NCBI GenBank assembly: GCA_963843705.1
Contig: CAWJLQ010000010.1
Coordinates: 489 to 64,488 of the forward strand
Length of the DNA stretch: 64,000 nt
Source of the DNA: an uncultured Actinomycetes bacterium
GTDB lineage: Bacteria; Actinomycetota; Thermoleophilia; Gaiellales; JAICJC01
Direction of reading: 5' to 3'
This document shows, in pieces, positions 1 through 10,878 of the stretch; the stretch's first letter is position 1, and every line of letters starts with the position of its first letter. Under the pieces are notes generated by a model. The model did no database searches and was not told the origin of the DNA. It saw only the letters and a list, made by a program, of their open reading frames with translations. The translations under genes were made by a program, and so were the position numbers.

Positions 1-673
1 CCTTCAGGCAGCGCTCGACATGGTGGCCGGGATAGGTCTCGTGGGCGAGCAGCCGGATCAGGTCGATGACGGACAGCGGCAGGTCGCCGTTGATCGAGAT
101 CAGGCTGCGAAGACCACCCGTGTACCGGCAGTAGCCGAGCCACGGAACGTCGTGCACGATCTCCAGGTCCACCACCTCGCCGTCGGGTAGGTCGAGGAGC
201 TCGCGGGTGCGGGCGCGGGCTGCCTCGATCGCCCGGCCGGCCACCTGCTCCACGCGCTCGGGGGGCACGAATGCCGACCGCCGGAAGGCGGCGTAGCGCT
301 CGGCGAGCGTGCCTGCGCCGGGGAGCAGCTCTTCGAGCCGTTCGTGCACCTCCGCGAAGACGCCCTCGTCGGTGTGCGTCGGCCGCACCAGGTAGCACGC
401 CTCCACCTCGTCGGCGTACGGCCGCGACGCGCCCGCCGTCACCTGTGCGAACGCGTGCAGCGCCGCCGCCTGGTCGCGCAGCCAACCGTCCGCCAGCTCG
501 GCGAGCAGCGCACCCGCCGACGCCGCGATCTGCGCGGGCGCGACCGGCTCTGCGGCCTCCACCGCGGCCGCCAGCTCGGGCGGGCCGAAGTAGGCATCGA
601 CGACGTCGTCCGAGTGGCGGCCGAGCTCGAGCCCCAGCCGCAGGTAGCGCTCCGCCTGGGCGTCGGTGTGCAC
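1..673 (-). CDS. Hypothetical protein, C-terminus cut by window edge; contains HETYPGHH motif (DUF885-like / metallopeptidase-like, uncertain)
   Basis: GTG at 673 is preceded by an in-frame TAG. The frame stays open to position 1 with GC-rich third positions. It starts 10 nt after the stop of the upstream same-strand gene. Not in the ORF track because no stop lies inside the window. Confidence 0.55.
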   Translation of the reverse strand, partial: MHTDAQAERYLRLGLELGRHSDDVVDAYFGPPELAAAVEAAEPVAPAQIAASAGALLAELADGWLRDQAAALHAFAQVTAGASRPYADEVEACYLVRPTHTDEGVFAEVHERLEELLPGAGTLAERYAAFRRSAFVPPERVEQVAGRAIEAARARTRELLDLPDGEVVDLEIVHDVPWLGYCRYTGGLRSLISINGDLPLSVIDLIRLLAHETYPGHHVERCLK

Positions 674-682
674 GCCGCCAGC

Positions 683-2062
683 CTACCGGCCGGGTCGCGG
701 CGCGTAGATGGGCACGCCCGCGACCGTCGCCGCCAGCCGGTAGTCGCGGGCGATGATCGCCGCGGTGGCACCGGACGCGTCCATCGACCCCGGCGAGTTG
801 ACCTCGACGACGAGCGCGGGCCGGCGCGGGCCGGCCAGCATCCGCCGCGCCTGGGCGAGCGCGCCCGGGATGGCCTGGATGTTGCGGAACCACATGTACC
901 GGAACGACGGGTCGCGGTCGGCCAGGTAGTAGATGTCGGCCGCGGCCCACATGACGAAGATGCGCTGGCCGGGGCGCGTGTGGGCATCGACGTAGCGGAT
1001 CACGGCGGCATCCGTCTGCAGGTGGGGGTCGGACGGGAAGACCGCTTGCGCCTGGGCCGCCGGCGAGTCGAACCAGAGCGGCACCGTCCCGGCGATCGTC
1101 GCGGCGACGGCGGCGGCGACCGCGCCGGCGGCATAGACACGCCGCCGGCGCAGGATGTCGGCGCCGCCGATGCCGGCGAGCAGGCCGAGCGGCGGCACGA
1201 GCTGCTGGTAGTAGTGGTCGTGGAAGTTGCCGCCGCCGAGCACGCCGAGCAGCGCGAATCCCAACCACAACGCCGGCAGCAGCGGCGGCCGCCGCCAGGC
1301 GAGGACGGCGAGCAGGACGAGCACGCCCAGGCCGCGCTCGGCCGCCGGCAGCGAGGAGCGAAGCTGGGAGAAGCGCTCGTGCAGCGATCCCGTCACGATC
1401 GAGTCCGCCTGGTCGCGGTAGGTGACCATCGCGTACCACCAGTCGTGAAAGCTCGGCGCGGAGAGGGCGGCCGCGACGACCGGGACGAATGCCGCGCCGG
1501 CGAGGGCGGCGACCGGGCCGAGCGCGGCCCGGCGGCGCGTCCACAGGAGGTAGACGGCGGCGGCGGCGCCGGCGTCGAAGGCGGACTGCTTCACGAGCAC
1601 CGCGCAGCCCGTGAGCAGCCCCGCGGCCACGAGCCAGGCCAGCCGGTCGTGCTCGAGGTAGAGCACGAACGCGAGCATCGACGCGACGGCGAAGACGGAC
1701 GCCAGCAGCTCGCCCGACAATGTGAACGATTCAATAAACGGCCCCCCGCCGACGGTTGCGATGGCGAGCCCGGCCACCGTTGCGGGTATCCTCCCCGCGA
1801 GCCTGGCGGTGACGACCATGGTGAGTGCCACCACCACCGCGGCCACAACGGCCGCCAGCGCGTGCAGCGCCTCCGCGGAGCCGCCATCGACATGGAGCAT
1901 CGCCCGAAAGACGAGCAGCAGGCCCTGCGGGCGATCGACCCAGGCGCCGTGGTAGAGGACGGCGCCCCGGCTCCAGAGGCGCGCGACCTCACCGTACCCG
2001 CCTTCGTCGGCGGTCAGCGGCGCGTGCAGGAAGGGCAGCCGGACGGCGGCGGCCAGGATCAT
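683..2062 (-). CDS. Polytopic GT-C type glycosyltransferase (ArnT/PMT-like)
   Basis: C-terminal 460 aa of ORF 683..2320. Many hydrophobic helices, an N-terminal LPFLHAPLTADEGGYGE loop and a large C-terminal soluble part. The first ~86 codons of the ORF look like antisense of the neighbouring gene; ATG 2062 is the first plausible start. Confidence 0.65.
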   Translation of the reverse strand: MILAAAVRLPFLHAPLTADEGGYGEVARLWSRGAVLYHGAWVDRPQGLLLVFRAMLHVDGGSAEALHALAAVVAAVVVALTMVVTARLAGRIPATVAGLAIATVGGGPFIESFTLSGELLASVFAVASMLAFVLYLEHDRLAWLVAAGLLTGCAVLVKQSAFDAGAAAAVYLLWTRRRAALGPVAALAGAAFVPVVAAALSAPSFHDWWYAMVTYRDQADSIVTGSLHERFSQLRSSLPAAERGLGVLVLLAVLAWRRPPLLPALWLGFALLGVLGGGNFHDHYYQQLVPPLGLLAGIGGADILRRRRVYAAGAVAAAVAATIAGTVPLWFDSPAAQAQAVFPSDPHLQTDAAVIRYVDAHTRPGQRIFVMWAAADIYYLADRDPSFRYMWFRNIQAIPGALAQARRMLAGPRRPALVVEVNSPGSMDASGATAAIIARDYRLAATVAGVPIYAPRPGR

Positions 2063-2164
2063 CGCAGCGGCGACGGCGAGCGCTGGGGGCCACCACGGCG
2101 CGGCGTCGACCGTCCCACCGCCATCCTGGCGGGCGTCGCGTTCACGGCTGCGCTGCTCGCGCAG

Positions 2165-2980
2165 GTGTTCACGTTCGGGCTCTCGCTCACGCCCGACCGC
2201 TACCTGCTCGTGCTGCTCGCCCCCGCCCTCGTGCTGGGCCGGGGCCGCCGGTTTCTGCTCGATTGGGTCCCCTTCGTGGCGCTGATCGTGCTCTACGAGG
2301 AGTGTCGCGGACTCGCGCACACCCTAAACCCCAGCCCGTACTACCAGCCGCAGATCGACGCCGAGAAGTTCCTGTTCTTCGGGCACGTGCCGACGGTGAC
2401 CATGCAGAACTGGCTGTGGACGGGCCACCTGCAGTGGTACGACGAGTTCCTCTCGTCGATGACACGGGTGCACTTCATCGTCCCGCCGACGCTGGCGTTC
2501 TTCCTCTGGCTGAAGCGGCGTGCGCTGTTCTACCGGTTCGCGGCGACGCTGCTGGCGCTCTCCTACGCCGGCGCGCTCACGTTCGCGCTCTTCCCCGCGG
2601 CGCCGCCCTGGGCGGCCGCCGAGGTGGGCCTGCTTCCCCCGCTCGCGAGCCCGGCCAGCGTGCAGGCGGCCGACTCGCCGCTCCCGACCGACTCGGGGCC
2701 GCTCTACCACCTCGTCGCGGGCAATCCCTACGCCGCCATCCCCTCGCTGCACGAGGGCTACTCGATGCTCGTGTTCCTGTTCGTCGTGCTGCTCGCGTGG
2801 AACACCCGCTGGCGCTGGCCCGTCTTCGGGGTCGCGCTGCTGTATCCGATCATCCAGTCGATCGCCGTCGTGTACACGGCCAACCACTACGTGATCGACC
2901 TCCTGATCGGCGCCGTGTACGCATTCGTCGCGGTGTTCGGGATGCAGCGCCTGTGGCGGCGGCTGGGGTGGCCGGAGTGA
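2165..2980 (+). CDS. PAP2 superfamily membrane phosphatase/phosphotransferase (PAP2_3-like)
   Basis: C-terminal part of ORF 344..2980. Multi-TM with PSLHEGY and NHYVID motifs resembling PAP2 C2/C3. GTG 2165 is the first canonical start and lies divergent from the GT-C gene. Confidence 0.7.
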   Translation: MFTFGLSLTPDRYLLVLLAPALVLGRGRRFLLDWVPFVALIVLYEECRGLAHTLNPSPYYQPQIDAEKFLFFGHVPTVTMQNWLWTGHLQWYDEFLSSMTRVHFIVPPTLAFFLWLKRRALFYRFAATLLALSYAGALTFALFPAAPPWAAAEVGLLPPLASPASVQAADSPLPTDSGPLYHLVAGNPYAAIPSLHEGYSMLVFLFVVLLAWNTRWRWPVFGVALLYPIIQSIAVVYTANHYVIDLLIGAVYAFVAVFGMQRLWRRLGWPE

Positions 2981-4140
2981 GCGACACGCTCGTCGCCGAG
3001 CCGGCGGCGCCCGAGCCCGAACGGCCGGCGCGCGTCGACGTCCGCGGCCTGCTCGCCTCGCTCCGCTATCCGCTCACCGTCTTCGCGGTCAGCCGCCTGG
3101 CCGTGTACGGGCTGATCGCCGCGGCCGGCTGGACGTCACGCGTGCCGCGCGAGTCCGGCGTCTCCTACCACGCGTTCTTCGGGCCGCTGGGGCAGTGGGA
3201 TGCGGTCTGGTACCGGTGGGTCGCCGAGCACGGCTACGACCCGGCGATCGGCCACGGGAACGCGGCCGCGTTCTTCCCGCTGTTCCCCATGGTGTGGAGG
3301 GTCGTCGGCGTCATCCCCGGGCCGATGCCGCTGTGGGGCAGCCTCGCGTCGACGGCCCTGTTCGGCGCGGCGCTGTGCCTGCTCTATGCGGTCACGGAGC
3401 GCCGCTACGACGCGCGCCTCGCGCGGCGGACGGTGCTCTACCTGGCGATCTTCCCGCTCACCTTCGTGTTCTCGCTCCCCTACGCCGAGAGCCTCTTCCT
3501 CCTGCTCTCGCTGGCGGCGTTCGTGCTCACCTGGCACGGCCGCTGGTGGTGGGGCAGCGTCGCCGGCGCGCTCGCCGTGCTGGCGCGCCCGGTCGGCCTG
3601 GCGCTCCTCCCCGCGCTCGCCTGGCGCCGGTACCGCAGCGACGGCGGGCGCATCTGGGCGTACCTGCCGCTGCTGCTCCTGCCGCTGGCCGAGCTCGGGT
3701 TCTTCCTGTACCTGGGCTGGCGCACCGGGAACTTCATGGCCAGCCCCGACGCGCAGGAGCGCGGCTGGGGGCGCGGCGTCTCGGCGCTCCCGGTCGTGCT
3801 CGTGTACACGCTGTGGCACGACGTGGTCGAGGGCGGCCACCTGCGCTTCCTCATCCACGTCGTCTTCACCCTGCTCTGGTGCGCCCTCTTCTACAAGGCG
3901 TGGCGCATGCGCATGCCCGGCGAGTATCTGATCTACGCCGCGCTGCTCGTGCTGCTGCCGACGAGCGGCGGCCTGCTGGTGTCGATGGGCCGGTTCGGGA
4001 TGGTCGCCTTCCCGCTGTTCTGGGCGCTGGCCGCGTGGGGCGAGGACGAGCGGGTGGACACGCTGGTGAAGACCAGCTTCCCGCTGCTCCTGGGGGCGCT
4101 GGTGATGATCACCTACACGGCGCGCACGTTCACGCCGTGA
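2977..4140 (+). CDS. PIG-V-like / GT-C mannosyltransferase family membrane protein
   Basis: C-terminal 387 aa of ORF 1825..4140. GTG 2977 overlaps the upstream TGA (GTGA). Contains WDAVWYRWVAEHGY, FFPLFP and about 9 TM helices. Confidence 0.7.
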   Translation: MSDTLVAEPAAPEPERPARVDVRGLLASLRYPLTVFAVSRLAVYGLIAAAGWTSRVPRESGVSYHAFFGPLGQWDAVWYRWVAEHGYDPAIGHGNAAAFFPLFPMVWRVVGVIPGPMPLWGSLASTALFGAALCLLYAVTERRYDARLARRTVLYLAIFPLTFVFSLPYAESLFLLLSLAAFVLTWHGRWWWGSVAGALAVLARPVGLALLPALAWRRYRSDGGRIWAYLPLLLLPLAELGFFLYLGWRTGNFMASPDAQERGWGRGVSALPVVLVYTLWHDVVEGGHLRFLIHVVFTLLWCALFYKAWRMRMPGEYLIYAALLVLLPTSGGLLVSMGRFGMVAFPLFWALAAWGEDERVDTLVKTSFPLLLGALVMITYTARTFTP

Positions 4141-4963
4141 CCGAGGGCACCAGGAGGTAGTGCACCGCCAGGTTCGCGTGCCCGCCGAACGCGGCGCACG
4201 CGTCGCGCACACGCTCCTCCGGCCAGATCGGCTCCTCCGAGTACCAGCGCGCGACGGCCTTGCGCACGCCCAGGTCGCCGGGCGCGAACGCATCCGGACG
4301 GCCGAGGCAGCGGGCCAGGAACCAGTCGACCGTCCAGTGGCCGATGCCGGGCAGGGCCACCAGCCGCTCGCGCACCCGCGCGTCGTCAAGGCCGGTCAGG
4401 TCGAGGTCGGCCTCGCCCAGCGCGCGGATCGCCCGGATCTTCGCCCGCGAGAGGCCGAGCCCGTCGAGGCCGGCGCCGACGACGTCCTCCTGCCGCGGGA
4501 AGCGCCAGACCTCGACGCCGTCCAGCTCGTGGCGGACGCCGTGCCGGCGCACGAAGCGGCTGCGCATGGCGCATGCCGACTGGAGGGACACCTGCTGCGC
4601 GGTGACCGAGGTGACGAGCGCCTCGAAGGGGTCGGCGACGAGCGGGGGCCGGAATCCGGGGGCGCGCGCCGCGATCTCCGGCTGCGCCCGCGAGAACCCG
4701 GCCAGGTCGAACCCGGCCCCGACGATGTGGTGCAGCTCGGCGCGGTCGGCGGCGCTCGCCGGCCCGTCGGCGCGGACGCCGTCCGCCGCGATCCGCACCG
4801 CGCGGCCCGACCCGAGCACGCGGTAGAGGGCGCCGTCATGCCAGGCGCTGGCCGCGTCCTGCCCGAACGTGCGGAAGCGGAACGTCGAGCGGTGGAAGTC
4901 CCACGGAGCGGGCAGGTCGATGCGCACGTCCGGCACGCTACCGGGCGGTAGGCTAGGCGGCAT
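4130..4963 (-). CDS. HhH-GPD DNA glycosylase (AlkA-like 3-methyladenine glycosylase II)
   Basis: ORF 4130..5101. Shows VTAQQVSLQSA, GIGHWTVDWFL (HhH-GPD) and a catalytic-region D. The start is ambiguous: ATG 4963 or GTG 4936. Confidence 0.8.
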   Translation of the reverse strand: MPPSLPPGSVPDVRIDLPAPWDFHRSTFRFRTFGQDAASAWHDGALYRVLGSGRAVRIAADGVRADGPASAADRAELHHIVGAGFDLAGFSRAQPEIAARAPGFRPPLVADPFEALVTSVTAQQVSLQSACAMRSRFVRRHGVRHELDGVEVWRFPRQEDVVGAGLDGLGLSRAKIRAIRALGEADLDLTGLDDARVRERLVALPGIGHWTVDWFLARCLGRPDAFAPGDLGVRKAVARWYSEEPIWPEERVRDACAAFGGHANLAVHYLLVPSVTA

Positions 4964-6044
4964 GCCAGACCGCACCCTTGCCCTGCTCGGCCGCCTCGAC
5001 GCGGCCACCGGCGTCTCCGGCGACGAGTCGGCGATCGCCGACATCATCGCCGACGAGCTGGCCGGCCACCACGACCGCCACGAGTCCGACGCCCTCGGCA
5101 ACCACTACTTCTTCCACACCGGCTCGGACGGCGCGCCGACCGTCATGCTGTGCGCGCACATGGACGAGCTCGGCTTCGTCGTCCAGCACGTCGAGGACGA
5201 GGGCTTCGTCCGCATCGCGCCGGTCGGCTACCACGACGACCGCATGGTGATCGACCAGGACCTGCGTATCCACGGCCGCAACGGCCCGGTCGACGGCGTC
5301 ACCGGCGCGAAGCCGGCGCACGTCCTGCCGCCCGAGGAGGCGAAGAAGGCCATCCCGCTCGAGGAGCTCTTCATCGACGTCGGCACGTCGAGCCGCGAGC
5401 AGACCGACGCGCTGGGTGTGCGCGTCGGCGATCTGGTGACGTTCGCCCGGCCGGCCGGCGTCCTGAACGGCACGCGCGTCTTCACCGGCAAGGCCGTCGA
5501 CGACCGTTCCGGCTGCGCCGTCATGGTGGAGGTGATGCGGCGCCTGCCGGCCGACACGGCGGCCACCGTCTGCGCGACCGCGGCGGTCCAGGAGGAGCTG
5601 GGCATCCGGGGCGCCGGCGTCGCCGGGACGCGCATCCAGCCCGATGTGGCGCTCGCGATCGACGTGACCCTCTGCGGCGACACGCCCGGGGTCGAGTTCT
5701 CGCGGCTGCCGATCAGCCTCGGCGCCGGGCCGGCGATCAAGTACTTCGACTGGGCGCCGGCGATGGGCTTCGGCACCGCCGTGCCGCGCCGCCTGACCGA
5801 CCGCCTCGAACGGGCGGCGGAGTCGGCCGGCATCGCCTATCAGCGCGAGGTGCTGATGGGCGGCGCCACCGACGCGTGGGGCATCCAGCTGTCGGGGCTG
5901 GGTGTGCTGACCGGCTGCGTCTCGGTGCCGTCCCGCTACATCCACTCGGCCGTCGGCTGCGTGCACCTGGACGACGTGGAGCGTGCGGTCGAGCTGATCC
6001 TGGCCTTCATCGCCGACATCGACGCCAACGGCGTGCCCGACTAG
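4962..6044 (+). CDS. M42 family aminopeptidase (FrvX/CelM-like)
   Basis: From MPDRTLALLGRLDAATGVSGDE onward in ORF 4869..6044. Also has CAHMDELGF and DDRSGCAV motifs. Confidence 0.85.
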   Translation: MPDRTLALLGRLDAATGVSGDESAIADIIADELAGHHDRHESDALGNHYFFHTGSDGAPTVMLCAHMDELGFVVQHVEDEGFVRIAPVGYHDDRMVIDQDLRIHGRNGPVDGVTGAKPAHVLPPEEAKKAIPLEELFIDVGTSSREQTDALGVRVGDLVTFARPAGVLNGTRVFTGKAVDDRSGCAVMVEVMRRLPADTAATVCATAAVQEELGIRGAGVAGTRIQPDVALAIDVTLCGDTPGVEFSRLPISLGAGPAIKYFDWAPAMGFGTAVPRRLTDRLERAAESAGIAYQREVLMGGATDAWGIQLSGLGVLTGCVSVPSRYIHSAVGCVHLDDVERAVELILAFIADIDANGVPD

Positions 6045-6110
6045 CGCCGTCGCCATCGGCTCGCGCGCCGGGAAGCCGGCGGCCGGCGAATCGTTGTTAC
6101 GATTGCGACC

Positions 6111-7160
6111 ATGTCACGCATGTGGCGTCCGGCGCTGGTCGCGGCGCTGACGTCCGCGCTCGTCCTGGCCGGGGCCGGCAGCGGGCGCGCCGCCGCCGGC
6201 TGGTCGCTCGAGCGCTCCCCGCTGCAGACGACGCTCCTGGGCGTGCTCGCGGCCGGCCCGTCCTCGACCTGGGCCTTCGGGTTCGGCGCGGAGCGCTGGA
6301 CGGGCGCCGTGTGGCAGCTCGTGCCGACCGCCCGGCTCGGCCCGGACAGCGACCTGTGGAGCGCGACGCCCGCCTCGCCGGCGAGCCTCGTCGCCGTCGG
6401 GCAGTCGCCGGTCGGGGGCAGCGGGCACGGCATGATCGCCTTCTGGGACGGGATCCGCTGGCACCGCACCGGCGTGCTCGGAGTCGTGTCGGGCCTGCGG
6501 GCGGTCGCGCGCGTCCCGGGGACGGCGCGGCTCTGGGCGGTCGGATGGCGCGCGCACGCCGGTGCATCCGTACCGCTGGTCGAGCACCGCGACGCGAGCG
6601 GCTGGCATCCGGTCGCCGTCCCCGCCGCCGGCACCGGGATCCTGAACGGCGTCGCCACCGTGGCGCCCCACGAGGCGTGGGCGGTCGGCGGAGGGGGCGG
6701 CGCGGCGCTGGCGCTGCATCGCACCGGTGGACGGTGGACGGCGACGGCGGTGCCGCGGGCGGGCGGCGTCTCGCTGCTCGCCGTCGCGCGCGTCCCCGGG
6801 ACGCGGCGCGTGCTCGCGGTCGGGTCGCGCACGGCGTCGGGGCAGTCGCACCCGGTTGCGTACCGCTGGGACGGCACGCGCTGGCACGCGATGGCGATCG
6901 ACACCGGCTCGCGGCAGGGGGAGCTCGACGGCGTGGTCTCCATCGCCCCCGGCGAGGCATGGGCGGTCGGATCGGCGGGCGCCCGGCCGCTGGCCCTGCA
7001 CTGGCTGCGCGGGCCGGCGTGGACGCGCACGCCGGTGCCCCAGCCGAGCGGGAGCTGCGGATTGACGCTGCACGCCGTCGCGGCCGCGCCGGGCGGGCGC
7101 GCCCTGTGGGCCGTGGGCGACGACGGCTGCGGCCTGGCCGCGATCGTGCACCACGGCTGA
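6111..7160 (+). CDS. Secreted repeat protein, beta-propeller-like (6-7 units ending in WAVG)
   Basis: Signal peptide MSRMWRPALVAALTSALVLAGAGSGRAAA. Recurrent ~45-aa units such as LRAVARVPGTARLWAVG and LLAVARVPGTRRVLAVG. Confidence 0.7.
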   Translation: MSRMWRPALVAALTSALVLAGAGSGRAAAGWSLERSPLQTTLLGVLAAGPSSTWAFGFGAERWTGAVWQLVPTARLGPDSDLWSATPASPASLVAVGQSPVGGSGHGMIAFWDGIRWHRTGVLGVVSGLRAVARVPGTARLWAVGWRAHAGASVPLVEHRDASGWHPVAVPAAGTGILNGVATVAPHEAWAVGGGGGAALALHRTGGRWTATAVPRAGGVSLLAVARVPGTRRVLAVGSRTASGQSHPVAYRWDGTRWHAMAIDTGSRQGELDGVVSIAPGEAWAVGSAGARPLALHWLRGPAWTRTPVPQPSGSCGLTLHAVAAAPGGRALWAVGDDGCGLAAIVHHG

Positions 7161-7176
7161 CGGGACTTAAACGGCT

Positions 7177-7203
7177 GAGGCCCGGGGCCAGGCCCCGGGC
7201 CTC
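7177..7203 (+). terminator. GC hairpin GAGGCCCGGGGCC-A-GGCCCCGGGCCTC downstream of the propeller gene
   Basis: 13-bp perfect inverted repeat 17 nt after the TGA at 7160. No U tract (I-shaped type). Confidence 0.5.
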
Positions 7204-7238
7204 TCACCAGACGTAACGAGTGCCCCATGAGGGGGCCC

Positions 7239-7260
7239 ACGGGGGAGCCTGCTCCCCCGT
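7239..7260 (-). terminator. Hairpin ACGGGGGAGC-CT-GCTCCCCCGT just after the groEL stop
   Basis: 10-bp inverted repeat 7 nt downstream of the groEL stop (7267). Confidence 0.5.
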
Positions 7261-7266
7261 GATCGC

Positions 7267-9209
<1,943 letters not shown>

Positions 9210-9244
9210 GCATCCCTCCTCAGAGATGATCCGACGTCTCGATT

Positions 9245-9271
9245 CTGGCACTCTCATATCGGGAGTGCCAG
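9245..9271 (-). promoter_or_regulatory. CIRCE operator 1 (HrcA site): CTGGCACTC-N9-GAGTGCCAG
   Basis: Matches CIRCE consensus TTAGCACTC-N9-GAGTGCTAA in 14 of 18 arm positions. Lies 36 nt upstream of the groES ATG. Confidence 0.85.
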
Positions 9272-9276
9272 TAGCC

Positions 9277-9305
9277 AGCATAGCAGGGCCCCGAGCGGCG
9301 TTCAA
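9277..9305 (-). promoter_or_regulatory. Candidate sigmaA promoter of groES-groEL (-35 TTGAAC, 17-nt spacer, -10 TATGCT)
   Basis: Read on the minus strand between the two CIRCE copies. The predicted TSS falls at the edge of CIRCE 1. Confidence 0.5.
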
Positions 9306-10465
9306 ACGGAAGGTTGGCACTCTTTGTACGAGAGTGCCAACGGCCGCAGCGCGACCGCGACGACGAGCGAGACGGCGACGAGCACGAGGTAGGTGACGCC
9401 GTCGGAGGTGGCCTGGGCAAGGGCCGCCCCTGCGGCCGGGCCGACCAGGAAGCCGGCGCCCCAGGCCAGGTTCAGCAGTCCGAAGACGTTCGCATGGGCG
9501 AGTCCGACGGCGTCGGCGCCGTCGGCGCAGAGCGGAAAGGCGACGGCGTACTGGCCCGTGATCGCGGGCGTGGCGGCGACGAAGATCACCGCCAGGGCCA
9601 ACCCCGTCGGCGCCGCCGCCAGCGCCGCGACGAAGATCGCCATGCCGACGATCGAGACGAGCGCGATCGTGATCCCGCCGAAGCGGTCGAAGATCCTCCC
9701 GACGCCGTAGTTCGAGGCGCTCGCGAGCACGCCCGACGCCGTCAGCACGACCGTGATGGCCGGTGCCGAATAGCCGTCGATGCCCAGCCGCAGCGGCACC
9801 AACGTGTCCAGCGTCCCCGACACCGTGGCGACGAGCAGCATCATCACCAGCGCGGCGACCACCGCGTGGCTGCGCCGCACGGCGCGCGCGAGCGGGCGCA
9901 GCCCCACCGGCGGCGGCGCCTGCGCGCCCGCGGGCGCACGCACCACGAAGGCCATCAGCCCGAGCGTGATGGCGCCGAGCAGGAGGAACGGCGCCCGCAG
10001 GCTGTAGGCGCCGCCCAGCAGGCCGCCGGCGACCGGCCCGAGCAAGCTGCCGACGGTGGCGAACGACATCGCCGTCCCCAGCACCCGGCCGCGGCTGCCC
10101 GGCTCGCTCGCCTCCGAGAGCCAGGCCATCCCCGCGGTCCACGAGACCGCCGAGGAGAGCCCCTGCCCGGTACGCGCCGCCAGCAGCACCCAGAACCCGT
10201 TCGCGAACGCGCACCCGAACGTCGCCACGGCCAGCAACCCGACGCCGAAGATCGTCAGGCGGCGGGCGCCCACGTGCGCCGCCAGGTAGCCGACCGGCAG
10301 CGAGCCGACCAGCACGGCGCCGCTGTAGATGCCCACGACGAGGCCGGCCTGGGTCTTGGACAGGTGCAGGTCGTGCACGTAGCCCGGCAGGAGCGGCACG
10401 ATCGCGAACATGAGCAGGGCGTCCAGGAAGACGACCCAGTAGACGGCACGTGGCTGCCTCGGCAT
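9302..10465 (-). CDS. MFS transporter (12-TM type)
   Basis: 387-aa ORF with alternating TM helices and a GxLaDrxGrR-like motif (AAHVGARR). Confidence 0.85.
   Translation of the reverse strand: MPRQPRAVYWVVFLDALLMFAIVPLLPGYVHDLHLSKTQAGLVVGIYSGAVLVGSLPVGYLAAHVGARRLTIFGVGLLAVATFGCAFANGFWVLLAARTGQGLSSAVSWTAGMAWLSEASEPGSRGRVLGTAMSFATVGSLLGPVAGGLLGGAYSLRAPFLLLGAITLGLMAFVVRAPAGAQAPPPVGLRPLARAVRRSHAVVAALVMMLLVATVSGTLDTLVPLRLGIDGYSAPAITVVLTASGVLASASNYGVGRIFDRFGGITIALVSIVGMAIFVAALAAAPTGLALAVIFVAATPAITGQYAVAFPLCADGADAVGLAHANVFGLLNLAWGAGFLVGPAAGAALAQATSDGVTYLVLVAVSLVVAVALRPLALSYKECQPSV
9314..9340 (-). promoter_or_regulatory. CIRCE operator 2: TTGGCACTC-N9-GAGTGCCAA
   Basis: Perfect 9-bp arms with 9-nt spacer. 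Lies just upstream of the -35 and inside the last codons of the MFS ORF. Confidence 0.85.
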
Positions 10466-10509
10466 CCGTGCGAGCGTAGCGGAGCCGCGCCCGGGCGGCC
10501 GGAGAAGGC

Positions 10510-10878
10510 ATGGTTATGATGCACCCGCACGTGAACGCCATCAACTTCTACTCGCCCGTCGTCGCCGACCAGCTGCGCCACCATCGCAAGACGGCGACCA
10601 TCAGGCTCGGCGACAAGAGCGGCAAGTACAAGAAGGGGCAGGTCGTCATGGTGCTCGTCGGGCAGCGCTTCGGCGTGCGCGAGAAGGTCTTCGACGCCGT
10701 GATCGACAAGGTCGAGGTGAAGCCGCTGCGCGAGGTCTCGCCGCGCGAGATCCAGCACGACAACCCCGAGATCCGCCACATCGACGAGTTCACGCACTTC
10801 CTCGGGCAGCTCTACAACCGCGACGTGACCGAGGACGACACGGTCACCGTCATCCACTTCTCCGAGATCCGCGGGTAG
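10510..10878 (+). CDS. ASCH (PUA-like) domain protein
   Basis: 122 aa. KTATIRLGD...KKGQVVMV...[11 protein letters not shown] pattern typical of ASCH. Confidence 0.65.
   Translation: MVMMHPHVNAINFYSPVVADQLRHHRKTATIRLGDKSGKYKKGQVVMVLVGQRFGVREKVFDAVIDKVEVKPLREVSPREIQHDNPEIRHIDEFTHFLGQLYNRDVTEDDTVTVIHFSEIRG

Noticed and set aside
344-2980. An 878-aa ORF, and the overlapping 771-aa ORF 1825..4140, taken as single large genes.
   Set aside because: Only the C-terminal parts (from 2165 and 2977) look like real membrane enzymes. The N-terminal parts are antisense to the GT-C gene or out of frame with the PAP2 gene, and they are low complexity.
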